A DNA stretch of 64,000 bases. Source: Promethearchaeota archaeon (GTDB lineage Archaea; Asgardarchaeota; Lokiarchaeia; Sigyniarchaeales; SOKP01). The notes below the pieces were generated by a model. The model had not been told where the DNA came from and made no database searches. It worked only from the letters and a program-made list of their open reading frames with translations. How positions within the stretch are numbered: the stretch's first letter is position 1; every line of letters begins with the position of its first letter. Both the position numbers and the translations under genes were made by a program. Positions 19,808 to 28,540 of the stretch are shown here, piece by piece. The stretch covers positions 64,001 to 128,000 of the forward strand of contig JAUVNS010000007.1 in assembly GCA_030599585.1 (NCBI GenBank), written 5' to 3'.

Positions 19808-22570
19808 ATGACTGAAACTACGGATACAACACAAAATGAGAAAGCCGAGAAGATACTCTCAAGCGATATCATAAAAAATGTTATTGCAAATGCAAACTAT
19901 TGTTATAATTGCAATCGTTGCGTAAATGTATGTCCAGTATCTTATTTAGACCTATTTTATCCAAGAAATTTGATTACAGATTTAACTTTCTTATCGCCTG
20001 AAGAAGCACTAAAGAATAATAATATTTGGGATTGCCTCACATGTGGATTGTGCACCGAATATTGCCCAATGACTAAAGGTAAGACTGGTGTTAACTTCAC
20101 TGAGATTATAAAGGAACTTCGAACATTGACTTCGGAATACGAGCCTTTACAAGAGACTCTGCGAAGTTGTAATCACGATAGGGTTTATTCCAGTATACCA
20201 AAATTAATGGCAGATGATAAGATAAAATTCACCAATAAGCTTGGATTCTTAGAAGGAACCGGATTGAAAACAAAAAGCGAAGGGGAACTCGCTTACTTTA
20301 TGGGTTGTGTACCGTTTTTAACTGGGACGGCACCTTGCGTTGTAGGATGTCCAGCTGGAGTAGATGTTCAAGGATACGTTTCCTTAATCTCTGAAGGAAA
20401 ATTTCAAGAATCCATAGATTTAATAAGAGAAATGAACCCTTTACCTTATTTGTGTGGAAGAATTTGCACTGCTCAGTGTGCTTTGAACTGTAATCGTCAA
20501 CATCACGATGATCCCGTGGCAATTCGAGAGTTAAAACGATTTGTATCTGATTATGAAGCTGCGCATCCAAACAATAGTAAAATACAGCCCGTTAAACAAA
20601 CTAAAGAAAAAGTAGCAATTATCGGGGCTGGACCAGGAGGATTATCTGCAGCTTACTACCTTGCGCGAATGGGATACAAACCTACAATCTATGAAAAAGG
20701 TGATAAAACGGGTGGAGTCGTAAGATATGGTGTTCCTCAATATAGGCTATCTGATGAGGCGTTAGACCACGATGTAGATTTCATAAAAAGTATGGGAGTT
20801 GAAATTGTACTGAACAAGGAGTTTGGAGCTAATTTCACCCTTGAAGATCTTAAGAAGGAAGGATTTAAAGCAGTGTTTATTGCGGTAGGTCTGTATGTAC
20901 CAAAAACTTTGCGACTGGAAGGTGAGGATTTACCTAATGTTCATGTTGCTATAGATTTTCTCTTGGATCGGAAATATGGTTGCGCAGAAGACCCTGAAGA
21001 ATTTAAAGGTAAAACTTTTGGCATAATCGGGGGAGGAGCAGTCGCCGTTGATGTAGGAGAAACCGCTGTGAGATTAGGTGCTACGAAAGCTGATTTCGTA
21101 GATATATTAACTGAGGAAGCGCTTAAAAATGTGCTTAAAGATTTGCACGAGGCCGAGAGAGAAGTAATGGAATATCATTTTACTACTTCGACAAAAAACA
21201 TAACTCAAGAACCTAATGGAAAGTTAGCCTTAAATTGTTATAAAATTGAATGGGGAGAACCCGATCCTGAAACGGGAAGACGCCCCCTGAATAAAGTGGA
21301 AGAGTCTGATTTTAAGATCGTTGTAGATCATGTCGTTACTGCTATCGGGCAAGGACTTGATGTTGTCCCCATTAATGCTGCAACTGAAAGCAAGTTAAAA
21401 ATTGATCGAGGCAGAATTATAGTTGATCAAGTAACTTTTGAAACTAGCATTCCCGGCGTTTTTGCAGGTGGAGATATCATTAATGATTCACTTATGTGTG
21501 CCGTTGATGCTATAGGAAATGGTAGAGAAGCTGCGTACTCAATCGATCGCATCTTCCGTGGAATTGATTTAAAAGAGAGTAGGATTAGAATGAAAGAATT
21601 AAAACGTTCTACTATCCCTAAAAAATACATTCAGGTAAATTCTTGTCAAGAAATGAATTTTATGCCTGGAGAAGAAAGATTGGTATGTTTTGATGAAATG
21701 GAGTTAGGATATACCGAAGAACAAGCAATTAAAGAGGCAAATCGTTGCTTAAATTGTAATTGTTGTAGTAATAGCGATCAAATCCCTGAAGATTATGACG
21801 CAGCTTTAGATTCCTCAGGAATAATGATTGCAAACTATGGAAACCAAGCTAACATGCCTTCTTATAACTCTCCAGATTATTTAACTATCCCTAAGAGCGT
21901 AATCGGAATCCTAAATCAAAACAATATTGTACCAGTTGTTTTGCCCGAAGAAAAATGTTGTGGTCACGACATTGTTTGGCAAGGCGATATGGAATCCTTT
22001 GAGAAATTAGCGAAGTATAATGTCAAGTTGTTTAAAGACGCTGGTGTAAAAACAATTGTATTCAGCTGCCCTGAAGGGTATTACACTTGGAAAGATGAGT
22101 ATAAAAAACTGTTTAAAAAAAGCGAAGATTTCGATTTTGAGATTTATCACATTTCAGAATACATCTTGAAAGAAAATCTTCTAGAAGATATATCTTTTCC
22201 AAACCTGGGAGAGGTTAAAGTTACTTATCATGATCCGTGTAGACTCGGTAGAATGAGTAATGTTTACGACGCCCCTCGTGAAGTTTTGAACAAAATACCG
22301 GGCATACAACTACTCGAGATGGAAAATAATAGAGTAGATGCTGATTGTTGCGGTGTGTCAGCCTATATTTCATGCAATCAAAATTCCAAACTACTACAAG
22401 CGTCAAGAATAAAACAAGCAATTGAAACTGGTGCGGATTATTTAATTACCACCTGTCCGAAGTGTTTAACGCATTTTAACTGCTATTTGAATGAAAATAA
22501 GGAACTTAAAAACAAAATAAAGGTAACGGATTTACTAAGCTTTATTGGTAAAATGCTTTTTATGCAGTAA
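19808..22570 (+). CDS. Fusion of HdrC-like 2x[4Fe-4S], GltD/NfnB-like FAD-NAD(P) oxidoreductase and HdrD/HdrB-like CCG domains
   Basis: CYNCNRCVNVCP/CLTCGLCTEYCP; APCVVGCP...CGRICTAQCALNC, IIGAGPGG, GVFAGGD; EKCCGH, FSCPEG, TYHDPCRLGR, DCCG, TTCPKC. Confidence 0.88.
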   Translation: MTETTDTTQNEKAEKILSSDIIKNVIANANYCYNCNRCVNVCPVSYLDLFYPRNLITDLTFLSPEEALKNNNIWDCLTCGLCTEYCPMTKGKTGVNFTEIIKELRTLTSEYEPLQETLRSCNHDRVYSSIPKLMADDKIKFTNKLGFLEGTGLKTKSEGELAYFMGCVPFLTGTAPCVVGCPAGVDVQGYVSLISEGKFQESIDLIREMNPLPYLCGRICTAQCALNCNRQHHDDPVAIRELKRFVSDYEAAHPNNSKIQPVKQTKEKVAIIGAGPGGLSAAYYLARMGYKPTIYEKGDKTGGVVRYGVPQYRLSDEALDHDVDFIKSMGVEIVLNKEFGANFTLEDLKKEGFKAVFIAVGLYVPKTLRLEGEDLPNVHVAIDFLLDRKYGCAEDPEEFKGKTFGIIGGGAVAVDVGETAVRLGATKADFVDILTEEALKNVLKDLHEAEREVMEYHFTTSTKNITQEPNGKLALNCYKIEWGEPDPETGRRPLNKVEESDFKIVVDHVVTAIGQGLDVVPINAATESKLKIDRGRIIVDQVTFETSIPGVFAGGDIINDSLMCAVDAIGNGREAAYSIDRIFRGIDLKESRIRMKELKRSTIPKKYIQVNSCQEMNFMPGEERLVCFDEMELGYTEEQAIKEANRCLNCNCCSNSDQIPEDYDAALDSSGIMIANYGNQANMPSYNSPDYLTIPKSVIGILNQNNIVPVVLPEEKCCGHDIVWQGDMESFEKLAKYNVKLFKDAGVKTIVFSCPEGYYTWKDEYKKLFKKSEDFDFEIYHISEYILKENLLEDISFPNLGEVKVTYHDPCRLGRMSNVYDAPREVLNKIPGIQLLEMENNRVDADCCGVSAYISCNQNSKLLQASRIKQAIETGADYLITTCPKCLTHFNCYLNENKELKNKIKVTDLLSFIGKMLFMQ

Positions 22571-22713
22571 GTATTTACCAGTCATTATTCTCTATTTCTT
22601 TTCTAAACCCATTCTTTTCCCCTCAATTATAACAACCTTAATTAATTCTTGAACTTTAAATCAAATTGAAATAAGGTAACAATATCTTAATTAAATAGGT
22701 GTCTTGATAAACA

Positions 22714-23625
22714 TTGCCGTATGAGATTTTAGAGAAAAAAGAACTAGGAAGTAGCAAAACTATTTATGAAATGGTATTACGCACTCCATTAATTGCTAAG
22801 AAAGCTCACGCCGGAAATTTTGTTCTAATAAGAATTAATGAAACTGGAGAAAGGATTCCATTGACTATTGCCGATTACGATAGAGAGAAAGGGACTATAA
22901 CATTAGTAATTCAGGTGGTGGGTAAGAGTACTAAGTTACTCTGCAATCAAAATGTTGGAGATCAAATACTTGATGTCGTAGGGCCTTTAGGAAACGAAAT
23001 ACATGTGAAAAAGTATGATAATCCTATAGTAATTATTGGGGGTGGAATCGGTATAGCTCCTTGTTTTCCTCAAGCAAAAGAGCTCAGAGACGCAGGAAAT
23101 GAAATTATATCCATTTTAGGAGCCAGAAATAAAAGTCTTCTTATTTGGAAAGAAAAAATGAAAACTGTGAGCGATGAATTAATTGTCACTACTGACGACG
23201 GAAGCGAGGGAATAAAGGGAGTTGTTACAGATCCGCTTAAACAAATTATGCAAAAGAGGAAAATAAGTCTTGTAATCGCTATCGGACCTTTAATTATGAT
23301 GAAGTATGTTGTTCTTACTACTAACGGGTCTGGAGGTTTGCCTAAAGTAAAAACCTTTGTTTCTTTAAACACAATCATGGTTGACGGGACTGGTATGTGC
23401 GGGTGTTGTCGGTTTTCTACGCTCGAAGGTGATATTCAGTTTGCATGTGTAGACGGCCCAGATGTCGATGGACATATCGTTGATTTTGATAACTTATTAA
23501 AGCGCGCTGATAGATTTCTTGAACAAGAGAGAGAGTCTTTGGAATGCTACGACGAAGAATGCAGAGCATTAGAACAACAAAAAAAGGAGGTTGTGAAGAA
23601 TGGAGATAAAAAGATCTACAGTTAG
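22714..23625 (+). CDS. nfnA: NfnA/SudB-like (PyrK family) FAD/[2Fe-2S] subunit
   Basis: GERIPLTIAD, DVVGPLG, IGGGIGIAP, TDDGS.G.KG.VT and MVDGTGMCGCCR...FACVDGP; TTG start. Confidence 0.88.
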   Translation: MPYEILEKKELGSSKTIYEMVLRTPLIAKKAHAGNFVLIRINETGERIPLTIADYDREKGTITLVIQVVGKSTKLLCNQNVGDQILDVVGPLGNEIHVKKYDNPIVIIGGGIGIAPCFPQAKELRDAGNEIISILGARNKSLLIWKEKMKTVSDELIVTTDDGSEGIKGVVTDPLKQIMQKRKISLVIAIGPLIMMKYVVLTTNGSGGLPKVKTFVSLNTIMVDGTGMCGCCRFSTLEGDIQFACVDGPDVDGHIVDFDNLLKRADRFLEQERESLECYDEECRALEQQKKEVVKNGDKKIYS

Positions 23626-26329
23626 AATACTAATTGAGAACAAGGACAAAATTTTAAAAGCAGGGAAATTCAAGGAAGCTGAATTTAAAAAATTAATTGA
23701 TGATTTAACTATTGCCGAACTTTACCAAAAAAAAATTATTGAAGGAATCGAAGAATACGGAACCATTGATAATCCTCGGTTGTTATCAGAGCTAGGAACT
23801 TCAGAAAAAAAAATTGCCAGCACAATTGAATATCTTAAAGAATTTGGGTATTTAGAAGCTTATGGGGAGATACCGCGATTTTTTAATGCGGAAATTCAAA
23901 ATTTGAAACAGTATGGCATTCTTCCAAATGTAAAAATTATAAGAGACAGTAATTTATGTTGTGGGTGTGGATCGTGTGTGTCGTTATGTCCTGTTAGCGC
24001 AATAACATATTCAAAGGGAACATTCGAGATTGACGAAGAAGTATGTATCCGTTGCGGTTTGTGTTATACATGCTGTCCGAGATCTTTTTTCCCAAAAACT
24101 TTAGATGCTTCTGAGGATAACGATAATGAAAACATTAATTATTCAAGTCAATTTAATTATTATCATGAAATAATTACAGCTCAGACCACAAATACTGATA
24201 TTACTCAAGTAGCTCAAGATGGTGGTATAGTTACCACTCTCCTGAAAATGGCTTTCGATCAAAATCTAATTGACGGAGCTTTGGTCGTAACTGAAGGATT
24301 AGAGCCTTTGAACCCTTTACCCATATTTATAGAGCGAGAAGAGGACCTTCTAAAAACAGCGGGAACAAAATACACCAATTCACCTATTTTAAAAGAACTT
24401 TACAAGTACAGAGATAGTAAAAAAATCGCTGTAGTTGGAACTCCTTGTATTATGAAAGCTCTTAAAAAGTTATCTTTTTACCCCTTGCACAACCCGTTTT
24501 ACGAAAATATTGCAATTAAAATCGGTCTGTTGTGTTCGGAGTCGTTTGATTACTCAGAAATTACTAAACTACTGAAGAATGAATTTCAATCCACTCCCGC
24601 TGATGTTAAAAAAATGGATATTAATAAGGGTCGTTTTTTCATCTACAACCACGATGGTACCGTTTTAGATATCCCTATAAAAAAAATTAAGAAATATGGT
24701 CGTTTAGGTTGCTTTTTCTGTGAGGATTTAACAGCAATACACACCGATATTTCCGTAGGCTCGATCGGTTCCGATGTTGGTTGGTCAACAGTGTTCATAC
24801 GAACAGAAAAAGGAGCTGAGTTCTTTCAAAAAGCTTTAGATCTTAATATGATTGTGAAGAAAGAGATCGAAGAAGATAGCAAAAGTTTCAATTCACTTAG
24901 TAGGATAGCTAAATTCAAATTAAAAAGCTATGAAGAACTTCACCGTGTTGAAATGAAACAACAAGAACCAAATGTAAGGATAACAAACTTTGAAGAAGTT
25001 CCACTTGGTTTAACCGAAGAAATGGTTGAAATTGAAACTCAACGATGCCTTCAATGTGGAAATCCTCTCTGTATTTCCGGGTGCCCTGTTAATATCAAAA
25101 TTCCTCAATTTATCAAGTTACTAAAACAAAAAAAATACATTGAAGCTCTATATAAGATTAAGGGAGATAATTTATTACCCGCTATCTGTGGGAGAGTTTG
25201 TCCCCAAGAAACTCAATGCGAATTAGTGTGCATTATGAATGGTCTTGGAGAACCAATAGCAATAGGTCATTTAGAGCGTTTTATAGCAGACTGGGAAAGG
25301 AAAAATAAACTTAAGGAGTGTCCTGAGTGTGCAGCACCTAAAGGGATTAAAGTAGCTGTTATTGGTGCTGGACCAGCGGGACTAGCTTGTGCTGGAGAGC
25401 TGGCAATGAATGGTTATGAAGTTACTATTTTTGAAGCTTTTCATGCCGGAGGGGGTGTTTTAATCTACGGAATACCTGAGTTCAGACTCCCTAAAGAGAT
25501 AATCAAGAGCGAAATAGAGACTCTAGAAATGCTCAATGTTAAAATGGAATACAACTCCATCATTGGAAAAACATTAACTATCGAAGATTTAAGAGACATG
25601 GGTTTTAAAGCATTTTTTATTGGAGTTGGAGCAGGACTTCCCATTTTCTTGAAAGTATCTGGTTTATCTTTAACCGGCGTCCTTTCGGCGAACGAATTTC
25701 TTACGAGATCAAATTTAATGAAAGCTTTTAGATTTCCAGATTACGATACCCCCGTTAAAGTTGGAAAAATCGTGACTGTTATAGGTGGAGGAAATACCGC
25801 ACTAGATTCTGCGAGAACTGCATTAAGGTTAGGTGCTGAAAAAGTAATTATCGTTTATCGAAGATCTGAAGCGGAAATGCCCGCAAGAAAAGAAGAATAT
25901 CATCACGCATTGGAAGAAGGTATAAAATTTCAATTCTTAACTAATCCCGTTCAATTTATTGGCGACGACAACGAGAATGTAACTCAAATGAAAGTTATTA
26001 AAATGAAATTAGGAGAACCTGACGAATCGGGGAGGAGAAGACCCGTTAGAATTGAGGGTTCTGAATATGTGATAGACACAGACACAATTATCATCGGAAT
26101 CGGAACAGGAGCTAATCCTATTTTAACCAAGTCAATCCCCGACTTAAAACTGAATAAATGGGGCTACATCGAAATAGATGAGAATGGCCAGACAAATATT
26201 AAAGGTGTTTTTGCTGGTGGAGATATTGTAACTGGAGCTGCTACTGTCATTACAGCGATGGGAGCAGGAAAAATGGCTGCACATGCAATAGATAAGTATT
26301 TACAAGAAAATTATTTAGATAAGAATTAG
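23600..26329 (+). CDS. Fusion of wHTH-like N-terminus, ferredoxin/FrhB-family domain and NfnB/SudA (GltD-like) subunit
   Basis: CCGCGSCVSLCP, AQDGGIVT, AGTKY, VGTPC, GLLCSESF, GCFFCEDLTA..TDISVGSIGS (FrhB), then RCLQCGNPLCISGCP, ICGRVCPQETQCE, GIPEFRLPK and GVFAGGDIVTGAATV (NfnB/SudA). Confidence 0.88.
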   Translation: MEIKRSTVRILIENKDKILKAGKFKEAEFKKLIDDLTIAELYQKKIIEGIEEYGTIDNPRLLSELGTSEKKIASTIEYLKEFGYLEAYGEIPRFFNAEIQNLKQYGILPNVKIIRDSNLCCGCGSCVSLCPVSAITYSKGTFEIDEEVCIRCGLCYTCCPRSFFPKTLDASEDNDNENINYSSQFNYYHEIITAQTTNTDITQVAQDGGIVTTLLKMAFDQNLIDGALVVTEGLEPLNPLPIFIEREEDLLKTAGTKYTNSPILKELYKYRDSKKIAVVGTPCIMKALKKLSFYPLHNPFYENIAIKIGLLCSESFDYSEITKLLKNEFQSTPADVKKMDINKGRFFIYNHDGTVLDIPIKKIKKYGRLGCFFCEDLTAIHTDISVGSIGSDVGWSTVFIRTEKGAEFFQKALDLNMIVKKEIEEDSKSFNSLSRIAKFKLKSYEELHRVEMKQQEPNVRITNFEEVPLGLTEEMVEIETQRCLQCGNPLCISGCPVNIKIPQFIKLLKQKKYIEALYKIKGDNLLPAICGRVCPQETQCELVCIMNGLGEPIAIGHLERFIADWERKNKLKECPECAAPKGIKVAVIGAGPAGLACAGELAMNGYEVTIFEAFHAGGGVLIYGIPEFRLPKEIIKSEIETLEMLNVKMEYNSIIGKTLTIEDLRDMGFKAFFIGVGAGLPIFLKVSGLSLTGVLSANEFLTRSNLMKAFRFPDYDTPVKVGKIVTVIGGGNTALDSARTALRLGAEKVIIVYRRSEAEMPARKEEYHHALEEGIKFQFLTNPVQFIGDDNENVTQMKVIKMKLGEPDESGRRRPVRIEGSEYVIDTDTIIIGIGTGANPILTKSIPDLKLNKWGYIEIDENGQTNIKGVFAGGDIVTGAATVITAMGAGKMAAHAIDKYLQENYLDKN

Positions 26330-26456
26330 ATATCCCGATTTTTACGATTCGGTATAGTACCCTTAATTTTATAACAATGAATTGATTAATAGTATTTGGT
26401 ATTATGAACTAATACTTCTATTTGTTTAATTTAAATATCTTCTTAAAGGCGTTAAA

Positions 26457-27587
26457 ATGGAAAAACATAAATTTAGCTTCCAAACACGTATAGGTCCTTC
26501 GTTAGGAACATCTGTAAGACACTGGATGAAATTAGTTCTAACAAATGGTTCAGTAGCGCTTAGATATTACCCAAGAGTATTTTTTGTTAACGCTGTAAGT
26601 TCTCTCGGCATCCCATTCCGATTATATGAGCGTTTTAAGTTCAATAGCAAAGTAGACACCACAGAAATTTCTACTCCTCCCATTTTTATATTGGGCCATT
26701 GGAGGTCTGGAACAACTCATCTTCATAATGTAATGTGCCAAGATACTCAATTTGGTTTCATTACTATGCTTCAAGCAATGTTTCCAAAATCTTTTATGAG
26801 CAACAATTTATTTCGGCATCTAATGAGAATTTTTTTGCCAAACACTCGACCAATGGATAATATGGAAATGGACATCAACAAGCCTCAAGAAGAAGAAATG
26901 GCTTTAGGTAATTTATTTCCCTACTCTTTTTACAATGGGTTTTATTTTCCTCAAAGAACTATGGAATATTTTTTTAAATACATCAGATTTAAAAATACAT
27001 CCCTTAAAGTTTTGGAACAATGGAAGAAGGTGTATTACTACCTTATTAAGAAAGCGACATTAAACATGAGCGGTCGTCAATTAATTCTTAAAAATCCCGC
27101 AAATACTGCTCGTATTAAATTACTTTTAGACTTATTTCCTAATGCGAAATTTATCCATATTTACAGAAATCCTTATATTGTTTACGCTTCGATGCGAAAT
27201 TTTTACAGGAAAACAATTGAGGGATTTATGCTGCAAAGCGTTACAGAAAAGCAAATAGAGAATAACATCTTTAGTTTATACAAGCAGCTGATGACAAGTT
27301 ACTTCAAAGAAAAGCAGTTGATTCCTCATGGAAATTTGATAGAGTTAAAATTTGAAGATTTTGAAGTGAACACTATGAACGAGTTAAATAGGATATACTC
27401 TGAATTGGATATAAGTGGATTTGAAAGAGCGAAAAATAAAATTGACTTCTATTTGAGTTCGTTGAGTGATTATAAAAAGAATACTTATAACTTGACTCAC
27501 GAGATAATTAACTCTATAAAGAGGAAATGGGATTTTACAATAAAGAAATGGGATTACGATATCCCAATTGAACTTCAGTTGGTATGA
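26457..27587 (+). CDS. PAPS-dependent sulfotransferase family protein
   Basis: 5'-PSB motif PIFILGHWRSGTTHL, LILKNP and 3'-PB FIHIYRNP..VYAS. Confidence 0.85.
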   Translation: MEKHKFSFQTRIGPSLGTSVRHWMKLVLTNGSVALRYYPRVFFVNAVSSLGIPFRLYERFKFNSKVDTTEISTPPIFILGHWRSGTTHLHNVMCQDTQFGFITMLQAMFPKSFMSNNLFRHLMRIFLPNTRPMDNMEMDINKPQEEEMALGNLFPYSFYNGFYFPQRTMEYFFKYIRFKNTSLKVLEQWKKVYYYLIKKATLNMSGRQLILKNPANTARIKLLLDLFPNAKFIHIYRNPYIVYASMRNFYRKTIEGFMLQSVTEKQIENNIFSLYKQLMTSYFKEKQLIPHGNLIELKFEDFEVNTMNELNRIYSELDISGFERAKNKIDFYLSSLSDYKKNTYNLTHEIINSIKRKWDFTIKKWDYDIPIELQLV

Positions 27588-27594
27588 TTTTATT

Positions 27595-28458
27595 TCATTT
27601 ACTCCCTTGGGGACACACTTTTAAACAGTTAGAGCAATAGTTGTTGTTCAACAGACTTTCCATACACTTTGAACGATCAATGTGAGTAAAAATGCCAGAC
27701 CCTTTTACCTTCTCAATTGGTTCTTCGTAAATAGCTTCACCTAAGCACTTTTCTATACAAACTCCGCAATTCTCGCAAAAATCTTCCATATCACTAAAAT
27801 CTACTTTCCTTGTTTCGGGGATATTAGCATCCGTAGTTATAGCGCTCCACCTTTGTCTCATGCCAAACTCAGGACTCATAATTAACCCATTCCTCCCCAA
27901 TATTCCTAACCCCGCAGCTACAGCGTGAGCTGTAAACAAGAGTTTTCCTCCAAATGGATGATGAGCTTCCGTCTTGTAACCTTTCTCTTGTAGAAATTGC
28001 GTTAGTTCGATCGTTTTTTCTCCTAAGTCGTAATACACTCTAAACGCCTCAATGCTAACGTGAATGCTTGGAGCTGTTTTAATCTTATCCCACGCCATTT
28101 CCATCCCAAGAATTATCGTGTTCTTTCCTATAATTGGAAGATTTTTGAAAATATAGTTTTCTAACACAGGTGTATATCCTATAAGTTCAATACCTTTTTC
28201 TTTAGCTAAATTCTCAAACTCTTTCCATAATTCAGGTGTTGTCTCGGTCTTATTATTATCACCATTTTGATATTTCGTTTTGTTAGCCTTTTGAAAGCCT
28301 TTAAATGTCCCTGTTAAATACTTACTATATTCTTTTGCGGTTTCTCTGTCCAACTTCTGTTCAGTTGATAATTTCATCGTAAAAAGCTCTTTTGGAACAA
28401 CAAAGACCAAGTCCTCGTTCTTTCCAACGTAAGTCGGCTCAATTTTTTCAGTTTCCAT
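27595..28458 (-). CDS. QueG / reductive dehalogenase-like cobalamin Fe-S protein
   Basis: AVAAGLGILGRNGLIMSPEFG.RQR...ITTD, FCENCGVCIEKC and C...CSNCLKVCP. Confidence 0.75.
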   Translation of the reverse strand: METEKIEPTYVGKNEDLVFVVPKELFTMKLSTEQKLDRETAKEYSKYLTGTFKGFQKANKTKYQNGDNNKTETTPELWKEFENLAKEKGIELIGYTPVLENYIFKNLPIIGKNTIILGMEMAWDKIKTAPSIHVSIEAFRVYYDLGEKTIELTQFLQEKGYKTEAHHPFGGKLLFTAHAVAAGLGILGRNGLIMSPEFGMRQRWSAITTDANIPETRKVDFSDMEDFCENCGVCIEKCLGEAIYEEPIEKVKGSGIFTHIDRSKCMESLLNNNYCSNCLKVCPQGSK

Positions 28459-28540
28459 AATAATACTTCAATAATTTATAATACTAAAATTTTTACCTTA
28501 ATCTATCGTACTTTGAATTAATAGAGAGAAAATTAATTGC

